Assembly: GCF_964355755.1 (NCBI RefSeq)
Contig: NC_092676.1
Coordinates: 10,393,888-10,457,887, forward strand
From: Antedon mediterranea
Lineage: Eukaryota; Animalia; Echinodermata
DNA: 64,000 nt
Direction: 5' to 3'
The position numbers and the translations under genes are program-made. Of this stretch, positions 38,730-52,642 are shown piece by piece. Under the pieces are notes generated by a model, which worked only from the letters and a program-made list of their open reading frames with translations, was not told the origin of the DNA and searched no databases. How positions within the stretch are numbered: position 1 is the stretch's first letter; each line of letters begins with the position of its first letter.

Positions 38730-41013
38730 GGCGCCTTGAAGCTAAGATGGTTCCATCTTGTAAGGCGCCTCTGTGTAATATACTGAATAAAAAAATAAAA
38801 AAAACGAAGTTGGAACTGCTTTTTCTTTCAAACTAAACTTAACTTAATTAAATTCAATAATAAAATAATAATCAAATACCCGTCTAATTAATGCTTGAAT
38901 AACAATATTTAATTTCTTTCTATGTACATTTATTTTTATAGCTTTACATTTATTAACATTAAAAATTAGTTAAAACCCTTATTTTTATAACACTTTATCT
39001 TGCCAGTACCCATACTTACTAATTATAGTTAATAACAATAATTTACAATATTAATTAGTTTATTTCAAATAATCAAATATCCGTCTAATTAATGTTACCT
39101 GGAATTGTATCAAGAATTAATATATCATTTTTGTACAGTCCAATTTACAATGATTTTATATTTTAATTTATATATGATAAAAATAATATGACATATAGGG
39201 TACATTGCAATAAATTACATTAATTAATCACATTACAATTAATATACTAGCCTATTACATTGGATAAAACACATAAATTATTTTGTTCTAGCATTAGACC
39301 TAATTTAAAACACTTGTTGATGTTGTTGTGATCCTGAAAGAGAAAAAATATACTGTATTATTACAAATGTTTATTTTGATTCTCTACAAAAAACGTGTCT
39401 CGGTTGTAAAAGACTCATTGGGCGCTCCATAGCTGCGGCCGGAATGAATCGCGGCCGGATTGAAGCGCGGCCGGAGTGAAGCGCGGCCGGAGTGATCTGT
39501 ATTCACTAAAAATAGTAACCCACCCCCAACTTTTCCGGTCAGCAACTCATAGCAAAATAATAAAACAGCAGTAGGCCTACGAATAGACAAATTTGGTTGA
39601 ACTCTAACTTTATTTTATAAACTCAATAACACTCGATCCTCCCCCACTCCCGAGATCTCCTTATTTTCAAAATATGGCTTCGCTGCATCATAAGTTTTTG
39701 TGATGGGTTAGTTAGGCCTACTATTAGAGAATTGGTTTATTATTATAGAAGATTGACTTATAAGGTGGGTTACTATTAGGTGGAGGCGTCTTCAGATAAT
39801 CTTCAAAAATCGTGTGAAAATGGGTGATATTCAATATTATCCATGACGGGTGGTAAATATGGTTAAAAATTCACTTTAGGCTAAAGATCAATTCCAGTAA
39901 TTTAGAAACAAGAGATAAAAATAAAAAGGGTGCGTAAAAACTAAAATTACCCATATCATCCGACCGTCCGTGCGCGTAGGTTTCAAATCATTGGCGGTCG
40001 ATCCTCCTCTTTTCTCTTTTTCTTCTCCGCCCGCCGGTTGTCTGTGCATCATCTTTATGCCGATTTTAGTACTGTAACATATTGATTGGTTGTGTGGCCG
40101 TTTTATTTCATTCAAAGGCTGTCGCATCAGCCGTTCCGTTGTTCTTCCACCTTCACCAAAAAAGAAGTTTGTAGAGGTAAATTTTTCTCATTGAATGAAG
40201 CAATTGTGATGCATAATACGGTGCCGAATGGAACTATGGTTCTAGACCGGCAGCCCAGAGACATTTGGTTAGATGAGCTAGGTACCAATATCTGACTATT
40301 TAAGTGTGTTGGGGGTCACTTGAAGTCAATAAAAATGGGAGTCTGCCGGGTACCCCCCTGCTGCGTCTAGACCGGGGGACCCCGAAAGGTGCTAAAAAAT
40401 CGGCACAGGTTAGATGAGAGAGATACCACCTAATTTCACCACCATGGGATGCCCATTGGCATCCTCATACCAGTATCACAAACGACAGACTTTTTGTCTG
40501 CTGCAATAGGCCCGCCAGACTCCCCCGAGGGAGGGCCTAAAATGGGGGTAGCATAGATGAGTGAGGTACCACTCAAAATTAATGCCAAATGAACAAGTTG
40601 TGTTCATACAATACTAAATGGATAACAACAGACTATTGTCTGCTGCACCGCAAGTGCCAGACACCCTAAAGTTAGACTAGAGACCCCCGCCCCTTCCCCC
40701 AACTAGCCCAGCTTAGATATTGGAGATACCACCAGCAACCAATGTTATATGATTTAGCACATTGTAAGCAATACCAAATGACCTAGTACAGACTATCTGT
40801 ACACTGTCTTGAACCTGGCAGACCCCTCTAAAGGTCGACTAGAGACCCCATTTACCCCAAGTATCCTACCTGTACTATACAATTTTAAGTAAAAAAAACG
40901 ATCTGTTGCCCAATGCTTTTTAGAAGAGTATAATAATAATTATTTGTAACATATGTGGTTATTATGTACTATTAACATTTAAACATAATTCTGACCAAAG
41001 CATGCAAGTAGTA

Positions 41014-44000
41014 TTAAATAAATAACAGGTGGAAGTTTGTGTTCTTTGAAATGACTACCATCATACGGATGAAACTGTCCTTCAAACTGTTAGCTGTTGT
41101 GGTAAACTTTGAAGTGTTTTTCTGCTTGGGTTCTGCATGCTCACTTGCAAAATTCTGAACTTTTCTTCGTTTGATTGGTTTCAGTAATCTGGAATTATTA
41201 TTAGCACACTCATTTCTAAATTTCTCGTGTAGATTATGGCCAGCTTCTAACGAATTTGTGAGGTACTCTTGCATTGACACCGAGGCCCCCTTCCCTGTGG
41301 CGATATTCAACAGCATTGTAGGTGTTGATGCGGGTGCAGAAAATGGATCACAAGACTCTGTCTGTCTGCATGAAGTAGAGCGTCGATTTGCTGGTTATCC
41401 TTCTTGATTCTGCTTGAATGAAGCTGTGTTCTTGCCTGTTCTTCTGGTAGAAGTCCTGCCAGTCGTCTTAACTGAGTAATGGCCATTCCTCGTTGGGTAG
41501 AAGTGATACACCATCGGCGAATAGCATTTGTAGAGTTATGGAAGCCAGTTATCCCTTTCATTGGTGATGCTGCATCTCTGTTTACCATTTGCTCGAGTGA
41601 CAAGTCTACTGCAGTTCTAGAGAAGTCTTTCATTGTCCGTCGAATAGAAAACGCTCCTTTCTTTAGAACTGACATAATCTTTGGGTCTGATGTTTTAAGC
41701 TTCTCCAGATACAGCACTCCCCAGCGAGCATAGTTAGGACGGTTAAGACCAAAAAAACATCAATAACTGCTGGAAGAATGGCAATATATTTTTCGACGTC
41801 ATTGGTACGCACAGCTCGCATAAGATCACGGTGTATGCGATTTATAATGTAAACATAAATACTCCAGTATTGTGCTGTTGGTCCCAAAACACCTTGCATG
41901 ACCCCAGTGAAGAAGTTCTCATATTGCTCAATATGCTCCCTGAATACCTGACTTGTTTCAAGAAACTCTTCCATCACGCTGCAATCGCTTGTGCATGTTT
42001 TAACCATGTGCATATTGCTTCCTGTTTTTCCTGTGGCAGACTTGACAGAAAACTGTTATAAAGCTTTCTTTCCATTGTTAAAGCCAAAATATCATGAATT
42101 CGGGTGCAGCGATTGTAGTATTTCCCTCGTATGAATCCATTTAGTGAACCTTCTGCCAATATTCCACTTTCTGTTAGGAGGTATTCTGCCCCAGATTCAT
42201 TTATGTAGGTTCCCATAGCACCATAAAATGATAACTCTAGATGAAAGTTACCCAACATTATCAACAGACGATCAAAAAGTGGAGCTTCAAGTGACTGAAT
42301 GGAGTATGCCTTAAGAGCAACTGCAAGATCATATGAAACAATGGCGTAGTCTTGATTTGTTTCCAAAGCTACCTTCATACTTCTCACCATAGTTTCTCGA
42401 ACGACGTCATTTCTTGTTGGTGGTGAAGCTATAGGATCCATGTAACATATTTTCTGCTTTGGTAATTCATCATGGACAAACTGTGAACAAATCCTACAAA
42501 GAGTGGCTGTGGCATAACTTCAAATCTCATTAGCCAATAGAAATCAATTTTACGTTGTGAGTTGCTATAATTTAATGTTGGTGCTCTGATGCTGACAGTT
42601 CAAAAGTCGCTTTACTCAGCTGATGGTGCATTGGTGTAATATCACGTTCTTTTCCGTTGAAATTATGCCTGTTTCTTCCACTCTTAGTGGAAAATGGTCT
42701 GTATGGTACTGGTTCTTCTGTTGTTTTGTTTTTTTTCTGGTAACAAATCCTGACAGTTGCATGTAAAGTATCTTTTCCATCTAATGTCTCCATGTTAACA
42801 TCATAGTTGTCCCAGGCAAGTCCTGTTCCAAGATCTGACTTTAACTCAATACCATCTGGTGAATCTGAATCATTTTCCTCTGTTGAAAATGCGAATTCGG
42901 TTTCTAAGGATTTTATTTCGTCGTAACTCAGGCTGTATCCTAAACGGTTCAGAATACGAAGAATCAATTTAGATCCTGTCAGTGTTCCTATGCCCAAACC
43001 AAGTACAGTGTGCTTCCATGGATGTACTGAGCCACGTGATGTATTGAACACGGCATCAGATGACATTGCTGTTACTTTTCTATCTATGATGGCTTTGTTA
43101 GTATCACCGGTAGATTTGTGAAGGCCACAGAGTAAGGTCCTAAAAAAGAACAGCAGATCCTCTGGTAGATCCGGTGAGCAGGTCTTTAAGGACTCAATGG
43201 ATGTAGGAGTAGGTGTTTCCCATTTAGGCATACACAAAATTTCTTTTCTCAGGTGAAGGGCTGCACTTCTTAGAGTATTGTGGTGTTTCTCTTTCTCATT
43301 CTGCAAACATGATTTTCCATCTTCCTCTGACAAAACTGAATTGTACACAAAATTCCCTTTATGGCGGTTAAAGAGCGTGATCGATATGTTATTTCCAAAT
43401 TTTTCTTAAATTTTTCTTGTTAAGGCCTGTGCTGTGTAGCAGTCGAATGCGTCTTCTGATCCTCCTTTCGCACAATATTCTGTCTTGTACAAGTCAAACA
43501 ATGATGAAACAAACATTGCCTGCTGATTTATGATCACCTCTGATTCAATTAATTCTCCAATAGAATTAAAAGTTATTTTATGTAGCTCTCTGTTTCTAAA
43601 GTTTGGTGTCTGCAAAGTACCGTAGGTTCTTCGACATGAGCCTCAGCCTTTTTGAAGAATTCACGACGACATGATTTGTGATATTGCGCCTCCTTGGCAA
43701 TAAGATCAATTCCACCACTGAGTAATGCTTTGACACGCTCATTCGTGCTACGAGGGGCTGCTTCAGCTATATTGTTGCAGCCTTCCTTTGTTAGACAATC
43801 TGATAGTTGTTCTACTCTCCGTCCTACTGTCTTTCTAATCTTTGTACAGAAGATACACGATCCCTTAAGTAAGCCTTTTGAGTCGCTTACAGGAAGAGAA
43901 CTATGTTTCCTAGTCTCTGGCTTTTTCGTAGGAGGCTCATGTACACTTTGACAAGCTGGTCGCTTTCTAACTGCAGTGAAATTTTTGTAACATGGTTTTG

Positions 44001-44170
44001 TATGATAGTATGCATTGAATCGGTTTGATTGCAAGTTAATTTCAGTTGTTATATCTACATATTTCAACTGCTTTTTTTAGAGTTTCCCATGTTTTATCGT
44101 CACACTCTCGCAAGTCTTTTTCGTCTGAAGTCTTGCAAATGATATATACGCTTTTTTGTTGTTGTTGATC
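41014..44170 (-). pseudogene. Academ transposase (N-terminal Cys/His motifs + DDE core); frameshifted, XPG part deleted
   Basis: YHTKPCYKNFT, CIFC, DLIAKEAQYHKSC, AWDNYDVNMETLDGKDTLHATV, SYDLAVALKA, LGNFHLE, GKYYNRC, DLSLEQMVNRDA..GITGF..RRW. Confidence 0.85.
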
Positions 44171-44537
44171 AGTTTCCTAATAAACAGAGTATACACTAAA
44201 TAAGAAATTATAGGCAAATGATTTCAAAAAGATAATTGCCAACTGACAGATGCTAAGATGCCCATTATGTACCGTAATAGATAATACACACATTTTTCAA
44301 AGAAAGCTTGCAATAAACCTAACCATTTGGAATGCAGAATCCAAAATGTCACCTTCCATTTCACTATGAATGACAACCATAGAATGATAAAACTTCTTAA
44401 TTTGTTATCTGGAACTTGAGAAACAAGGAAAATGTATTATTTACAAATAACTAAGTGCTAATTATACATTTTGCAAGATATTGTATTTAGAGTACCTCAT
44501 TCCCAGCTATAAACTATACCTAAGCCTATTTGTTTAC

Positions 44538-47500
44538 AGCCGAAACGGCCGCCAACTGAAACGGCCGCCAATTGAAACGCAATTAAATGTATGAAACGCC
44601 GCGTGTGCCGTTTATCATACAAAACGACGTGTGGTTTAATACAATTGTTTTACTTTTTTTTCAGATTGAAATGACTTTAGACGTATGTGACTTAATAAAT
44701 ATTAACAGATAGATGTTTTATAATTATTTATGTATTATTATGTTTATCGTATAATAATGAATATTGTGTAAACATAGTTGGGTTTTTTATATATTTTTTA
44801 AATGTAGGCCTATACAGTAAAAGTGTAAGGAAAAGAATTGGAATTTGACAAAATAAATGATAAATAATTACTATTATTATATTAAAATCTAAATTCTTCC
44901 TAGTACTAATACTGTAGTCAACCTATATAGTTAAGTTCAATAAATGTTTAAATATCCTTATTATTAAATTTTATTCTTTTTTTAAGATACATTACTTTTT
45001 TTTATTTACCGGTAACACTATTTCAAACAATTGTAGCGGTTTCGTTGCGGAATGTCATCATGTTCGCAATTAAATCATATAACATATAATTAATAACAAT
45101 TACGTTAGATAAGAAGACAACTTAGGGCGTTGACATCACAAACTCAACACAATCGATTCAACGCAACAATAGCGACTTTAATTACAAACAATACACACAC
45201 AGACACTAGCAAATGCTAAACAATACGCAACACGATTTTATTCAAAATACAAACGAGGACATTTTATTCAGATTATTGTTATTTTAAATTGTTTACAATT
45301 AGTGGTGGTCAAGGCCTTAATATTAAAAACAGATCATTATTTTTATTTCACATTACATTAAATATTATATTACAATTAGTAACCTGATTTATTTATGTAT
45401 TATGAATCAAAACGAACTTTATAATTAATTTATTTCATATATGTACAATAAAATAGATTTCAATAATCATTAATAATAATAATAATAAAATAATCAGATT
45501 GCTTAAATAAGTTAGTTTGCATACAGTAGATAGTAATTATAGAGAATTGATTTACACTTTATTTTTCAAAATATCTTAAATCAAATATGTTTGTACATTA
45601 GCTAAGTTAATTAAATATTACACTATTTGTATTAGTGAAGTCTTGATTTGTATTCTAAGGATTACGTGCGTTTCGGCTGATGACACGGCTTGATGCTAAC
45701 AGCAACGATCTTGCAGTTCGTGCACCTCTTACGTACTCGTCCCAGTATCCGTTCAATCGTTGTGTTGCAATGACGGCATGTCGTGACTGTCTTCGGATCT
45801 CATCCTCTCTAAAAATGAGCTCTGCATTGATGGCGACCATCTCACTCTCCTCGTGAAGAAGCTTACACAGCAAGTAGAAGTGAAGGTTCGCTGTAAAAGA
45901 GAACAAAACAATGTTAAATAACAAACTATACTAAAAACAAATGATGTTCAAAGAACAGAAAAAAAACTAACTTACCTCGCTTAGCTCTGTGAGTACGAAT
46001 TTGCTGTCGGAATATCACCCAATCCATTGGACTGTAGATGTCACCATTAATCCAGTAGTCGTCCATGTAAGTCAGAAGTTCCTGGAGTTGAGGCGATTGC
46101 CCGGCGTTGCGTCGCATCCGTCTGAAGACAGCCTCCACATGTTCCACTGGTAGCGTCGGGAGAGCCATAAGTTGTCTGATGAAAAGTCGTGTTGCTGCTT
46201 GTTGGCGGTACGCTCTCTGCAGACCGACATCCTGCACCTTCCGAAAAATTGCCTGTAAGAGAGAAAAATTAAATTGTTAGTTAAGAAAATTAAACGAAAA
46301 ACGCCGAACAACGCATTTGTTGTACAAATAAAATCAATAAATAAAAGACATCACATACCTGTGTGTAATGAAAAAGACATCCAGCAATTTCAACATTTGG
46401 TAGTACTTGGCGAATAGACTGCCATATGGATGCCTCATAGTCTGCCACCACTTTCACCACGTTGTTTTCCGGCAACATCCGCAAAACAGAGCGCAACACG
46501 GCCGTGTAGTCCACACTCCTCTTGCCTGACATCACAGCAAATAGTAGCGGTACTTGCTTCACCGATGTCCCCGTCCTGATAAAGCTGTGAATACTGAAGA
46601 GCTGGTAAAATGGATCTCTTATCAGCTTAAACGTACCGTCCAAGTACCTGTAAAGATAGTTTTAAAAATGTTATAAAAATGTTAAATGTTATAAAACAAG
46701 TATGTACATTGTAATTTAAACAAAATGAAAGTGTACAGGGAAAAATTCTTACCACACTCTTGCTCTTCCCAGTATGTCCATCATAGCATCAGTTGCAAAT
46801 AAAACATGCCGTCCACCATCAATGACCACATCGTCTCGAAGAAAGCCTGGTGCTATATGTTGGTTTTGGAGTTCGAATTGCAAGTTGGACGGATGCCTTG
46901 GTCTGGACAACTTTCGTCGTAGGTTGGCTTGTCTTGCGAGGCTGGAAGGTTTAGGCAGAGTAGGATGAAGAGCAATTTGACCAACACCGATGTCATCACG
47001 CATTATAGTGTCCCTGATTTCAGCTGCTGAGTCGAAAGGTCGTTCCAGAGCTGTAGCTTTTATCTTACGACGGATCACGGCCACCTTACCACGTCCTGTA
47101 GAGTAAAGAAGAAAGGGAAAAAGAAATACACACATTATTAATCATTAATTCACGATCATTTTGAGTAAAAGCGCATGATTTGCAAACATGTTTTTTTAGT
47201 TTTATATTGATCGAAACGTCGAGAAACTCAACAGTTTTCGGAACAGATATACGTGGTGTACTTTATCAAAAATTTGATTTTGCCATGCATAATATATTGC
47301 TGAATAAAAAAAAATGTGGATGTGAGATGATAAAAACTATAAATGCACGTACCTGGCATCATCCCGCATATGTGCTCGTGGAGTCCTCTAGTATATACCC
47401 CATCTCTTTCTAAAACCGTTGCTTTACAGGTTAAGGCAAGAGTCCTACGGTAGCACCGCCAAGTTGTGTTCGCTCGCCTCCGATCAACCTTCTTTGTATA

Positions 47501-48996
47501 TTGGTATCCTAGGCTATCTATCAAAGTTGCCTGTTAAATAAAAATGTCATATGATAATAAATCAAACGCAAAGAAAAGTTAGGAAAGTCATGTTTCAACA
47601 GTTGGAACTTGCTTCAGAAGATCAACAAATAAAGTTTAAAATATTAATTTATAATTGGACCTGCCTCACTTCTTCCGGAGATTGCTTTATATTATTACAT
47701 AAGAATAACATGTATAAGCACTGAAACAAATACTATCTAATACGGTATAATTATTTAAAATAACAATAAGAATGTAAATTAAATCAATTCCTTTTATATC
47801 CTAGACGGATCTACTTTTTTTTTCCGAAATAAAAGATGAATGAATGAATAACAAAAATAAATTCTGAACTATGAAAAGAGCTATATAAAATACACCCTTA
47901 CCTTTCCTTTCGCCGATGTGCCTTCCTCCACTACGTACTGGATTTCGTCACCCTCGTCGTCATTTCCTGCCACAGGATTCGGCTGTGGATAAGGATTCTC
48001 CATCTCGACTTCCTGATGTACTTCTGGCTCAACAAACTGTCCTAGGTCGGCGGCAAACACATCGATTTCATCTGGCATCGGTTGATCATTTTCAGAACAT
48101 TGTCGGCAACTCCATTCAATATAACCATTCTCCACTCCTCTTAAATACTCTGCTCGCGTCACTCCACTATCACACTCGCGATGTTGCCATCTATCACACT
48201 CCTCACATAGCAGTCCTTCTTGATTCTCGATAACAGGTTGTTGGCATTCAATACAAGCGTTCATGTTGATAATTTGATAAAAAGTAATGTTCAATTGGAA
48301 AAAACTCAATTTTAAAGGAAAACGCAAGCACCAAAAAGTGCGTGGCATTTCTGTGCAAATAATAGATTATTGTCTTTATGTAATGTTAGATGACGCCGAT
48401 ACGCGGAGCTCCACAGATAATGTGACTAGGCGCGGTTAATGCGCTAACATCTAACATAAATTCAAAACAATTAGCCCCGCGAAGGTGTTGTTGATACACA
48501 TAATAGTAAAACAATAGGACACAACTTCATTTAAAGTGCTTTATTTGCACGTTAGAATGTTTGAATATTATTCCACAATTTCATATGTTATTGAATTTAC
48601 TATAGACCTAATAAGTAACAATATAAATAGCTTTACTACATAACATATATTAATATTATTACAGTACATTTGTATTTGTTTTGCCTATTTCAACTTCAAT
48701 AATTGATACAGTATTTGTTTGAATACGTTAAATAAATTTATATTGCGCTTAGAATGGTGAATTATTATAATAAACATTATTTTTATAAAAACTTAACTAA
48801 AAAATACGTTTATTCTTTGATTTTATTCTTAAACATATATTGGTTGGTTTCATTTATTTTTTTTCTCCATCATGGTTTCATAGGCTTTACTGTACGTTTA
48901 TAATACTGCATTGGCTTGTTGTAGCTGCGGCGGTATTGGCGTCCCATAGAAAATGTTGGCGGCCGTTTCAGTCGGCGGCCGTTTCGGTCACACACC
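44538..48996 (-). mobile_element. MULE/Mutator transposon nested in the Academ element
   Basis: TIR core CCGAAACGGCCGCCRACTGAAACGGCCGCCAA. 9-bp TSD TTTGTTTAC (44529-44537) / TTTGTATAC (48997-49005). Left tip eroded. Confidence 0.9.
45655..48264 (-). CDS. Six-exon PHD-FLYWCH-MULE transposase; frame open but third catalytic residue deleted
   Basis: Exons 48264-47902, 47530-47353, 47095-46753, 46647-46359, 46252-45976 and 45890-45655 splice in phase. Motifs: PHD CIEC..CEECDRWQHREC..WSCRQC; FLYWCH GYQY..WRC..CKA..HEH; WYLDGTFK, ADYE, GCLFHYTQ. 'IRTHRAKR' stands where RTNNxxEGWH is expected. Confidence 0.88.
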
Positions 48997-51667
48997 TTTG
49001 TATACTAACTGTACTATTTTTCATTGAAATAAATCGTAGACAACATAGTCATAGCAACAGCCGGCTCTTGTGCAAGCTCTTTCTTTAGATATGCCCGGTA
49101 TTACAGTTATTAAAGTAGCCTGATCAAGTTTGGATAGGTATGGTCCACTCACTACACCAACCCAGGCCTAGTCTAGTCATTGCCTGGCTACCTAAATGTC
49201 AGGCCTAGACCATCTAGTTTATACCTCCATGGGCCAAGTAATAAATAAAGGAAATTTTTAATCTATGCTATACTCATAATACAGTGTACTAACTTTATAA
49301 TATTGTAATAACGAAAATCGTTTCTATCCTAAAATAATGTAAATCCAAACAAATGATTATGGAAGAAAAACTTACCATAGACAGAATACAGTATACAACA
49401 GGAGATATTGCATGCATGACTGCATATGAACTATCAGCGAATTAAAAAGCTGCATTTTGCAGTATTGGAAACACTTTATTTTAATTTTTACAGTTAGGTT
49501 AAACATTGGTTAGATTCTATAAATTAAAAAGTTGCACGCATAACTGCACACCAACAATCAGCGAATTAGAAAGCTGCATGTTTCAGTATTATTGTAAAAA
49601 CTTTATAAATGTAAGTTTATTTTTTTACAGTTAGGTATAACATTGGTTGGGGCGGGGTAGAGGGTGTCTGTTAGGACCAAGGCATTGTATAGGTGGTCTA
49701 TAATAGGCCATTGTCATTTGGCATTGATTGCTGGTGGTATGGTATACTTATGATAAGGGGGTCTCTAGTCGACCTTTAGAGGGGTCTGCCAGGTTCAAGA
49801 CAGTGTACAGATAGTCTGTACTAGGTCATTTGGTATTGCTTACAATGTGCTAACATTGGTTGCTGGTGGTATCTCCAATATCTAAGCTGGGCTAGTTGGG
49901 GGAAGGGGGGGGGGGGGCTCTAGTCTAACTTTAGGGTGTCTGGCACTTGCGGTGCAGCAGACAATTAGTCTGTTGTTATCCATTTAGTATTGTATGAACA
50001 CAACTTGTTCATTTGGAATTGATTTTGAGTGGTACCTCACTCATCTATGCTACCCCCATTTTAGGCCCTCCCTCGGGGGGGGGGGGGAGTCTGGCGGGCC
50101 TATTGCAGCAGACAAAAAGTCTGTCGTTTGTGATACTGGTATGGGATGGGCTTCCCATGGTGGTGAAATTAGGTGGTATCTCTCTCATCTAACCTGTGCC
50201 GATATTTTAGCACCTTTCGGGTCCCCCGGTCTAGACGCAGCAGGGGTACCTGGCAGACTCCCATTTTACCACCATGGGACTAATTTTACCACCATGGGAC
50301 TAATTTTACCACCATGGGATGCCCATTGGCATCCTTATAACAGTATCACAAACGACAGACTTTTTCTCTGCTGCAAAAGGCCCGCCAGACCCCCCCCCCC
50401 CCCCCCCAGGGAGGGTCTAAAATGGGGTTAGCATAGATGAGTGAGGTACCACTCAAAATCAATTCCAAATGAACAAGTTGTGTTCATACAATACTAAATG
50501 GATAACAACAGACTAATTGTCTGCTGCACCGCAAGTGCCAGACACCCTAAAGTTAGACTAGAGACCCCCTTCCCCCAACTAACCCAGCCTAGATATTGTA
50601 GATACCACCAGCAACCAATGTTATATGATTTAGCACATTGTAAGCAATACCAAATGACCTATTACAGACTACCTAAACACTGCCCTGGCCCTGGCAGACC
50701 CCTCTAAAGTTAGACTAGAGACCCCTCTTTCCCCAACTAGCCCAGCTTAGATATTGTAGATACCACCAGCAACCAATGTTATATGATTTAGCACATTCTA
50801 AGCAATACCAAATGACCTATTACAGACTATCTAAACACTACCCTGGCCCTGGCAGACCCCTCTAAAGTTAGACTAGAGACCCCTCTTTCCCCATCTAGCC
50901 CAGCTTAGATATTGTAGATACCACCAGCAACCAATGTTATATGATTTAGCACATTGTAAGCAATCACCAAATGACCTATTAAAAACTATCTGTACACTGC
51001 CTTGGCCCTGGCAGACCCCTCTAAAGTTCGACTAGAGACTCCATTCCCCCAAGTATGGCCTAGGTTAGATATTGCAGATACCACCAGCAACCAATGTTAT
51101 ATGATTTAGCACATTGTAAGCAATACCAAATGACCTATAACAGACTATCTGTACACTGCCTTGGCACTGGCAGACCCCTCTAAAGTTCGACTAGAGACCC
51201 CATTTACCACAAGTATGGCCTACCTTAGATATTGTAGATACCACCAGCAGCAAAAAAAACACCCAAAACAACATGTTTAATTGAATAAAGTTTAACTTTA
51301 ATCGAACTAACACAAAACAATTGAAAATATATCACATCAATGACGATAAAATGACCATTACCATTCTAAAGGGAAAAATAGTTTAAGAGTTTCAATTAAA
51401 ACTTATATATTATTATAAGCAAAATATATATAACAAGTATGGATTCGGGTAAATTTAGCATTCCTTGCCTTTGGATGTCAAAGACACATCCGTCTGTAAC
51501 TCTTGGACATATTTTAAGAGAAAGCTTAGTAATCACCCTAATCAAATTCAGGATTGTAGGAACTTAATCTAAAGTGATTTGATTAATTAATAGTGGGTAA
51601 TTTTAAATGGTGTATATTATAATCTTAATCCTGTATTCATATATATATATATGATAACTTTTCAATT

Positions 51668-52219
51668 TTGACTGAAGATAAATCCGCTACAAAAGATATT
51701 TTTCAAGAACCACCCATGATAGCTTACAGACGTGATCAAAGCATTAAAGACACTTTAGTTAAATCTAAATTACAAAACAAAGGTAATGAATCAATTGGAA
51801 CATTCAAATGTAATAGAAATAGATGTTCGACATGTAATTACGTTTCATGTTCAAACCAAATAGTAGGACCTTCTGGTAATTATGTGATCACAGATCGTAT
51901 TACGTGCACCACTAGAAATCTAGTTTATTGTATTTCGTGTACTAAATATAATATGCTTTATATTGGTGAAACTAAACGCAGGTTAGGTGATAGGTTTGTA
52001 GAACATTTAAGGTCTATTAAACTAAAGACTCCCGGATTACCTGTAGCCACCCATTTTTGTAATAATGAGCATTCCCTTTCGGATATTACTATTTCTGGTG
52101 TTAAAGTATGTAATGGTTCTGAGACATCTCGTAGAATTATAGAAGAAAGAATAATTGTAAAGCTTGGCACTCTTGCCCCTACCGGCATAAATGTACAATT
52201 TAGATCCTTTAAACATTAA
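51668..52219 (+). CDS. Penelope-like element GIY-YIG endonuclease (5'-truncated copy, ~51655-52567)
   Basis: PPMIAYRR, CNRNRCSTC, TCTTRNLVYCISC..LYIGETKRRLGDRFVEH, PVATHF, LGTLAPTGIN. Flanked by (TA)n. Confidence 0.92.
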   Translation: MTEDKSATKDIFQEPPMIAYRRDQSIKDTLVKSKLQNKGNESIGTFKCNRNRCSTCNYVSCSNQIVGPSGNYVITDRITCTTRNLVYCISCTKYNMLYIGETKRRLGDRFVEHLRSIKLKTPGLPVATHFCNNEHSLSDITISGVKVCNGSETSRRIIEERIIVKLGTLAPTGINVQFRSFKH

Positions 52220-52448
52220 TTTTGCCAGAGACATTCACATATTAACAATTATTTACACTTGAAGCTTTTGTCTTTGTTTTAAATTTCCTGCTTTATAAGC
52301 AACCATTCCTGCTTTGTACACCATAGCTTTTGGAGGCGTGCCTTTATAACTATGCCTTTTGTTTGTTAACATCTTTGATTGGTTGATTTGTTTTATTATG
52401 TAATTTTGTGACTTATAAGTTATATATGTTATCCTTTGTTACAATTCT

Positions 52449-52490
52449 TTTCACCTGATGATGGGCTATGCCCAAAACATGTCGTTAAAA
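52449..52490 (+). ncRNA. Degenerate minimal hammerhead ribozyme in the Penelope 3' region
   Basis: CTGATGA, stem II GGGC/GCCC, GAAA mutated to AAAA, palindromic ACATGT and a GTC cleavage triplet. Confidence 0.6.
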
Positions 52491-52563
52491 TAAATCTATA
52501 TTGAGGCAGTTTTAACTTATTTGATCTTGATTTTTTTCTATATCCTGCCTATGCAGCTCTTTG

Positions 52564-52619
<56 letters not shown>

Positions 52620-52642
52620 GTACGTTATCCAAATTCCTTCAC

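Larger units (their letters stand above)
35836..38802 (+). mobile_element. CR1-group LINE with 5' UTR and ORF1 but no endonuclease domain
   Basis: TSD AACGAAGTT (35827-35835, 38803-38811), A-rich tail, and 3' hairpin GAGGCGCCTT..AAGGCGCCTC. Confidence 0.9.
35590..39504. mobile_element. Non-autonomous TIR transposon (probably MULE) hosting a LINE
   Basis: TIR core GATCACTCCGGCCGCGCTTCACTCCGGCCGC..ATGGAGCGCCCA at both ends. Imperfect TSD ACTGAAAA/ACTAAAAA. Confidence 0.75.
40243..50268 (-). mobile_element. Academ DNA transposon with ~600-bp TIRs; right tip lost at the fusion with the next element
   Basis: Left end TAGACCGGCAGCCCAGAGAC. 40330-40862 is the reverse complement of ~49742-50268. 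Internal Academ transposase relic. Confidence 0.85.
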
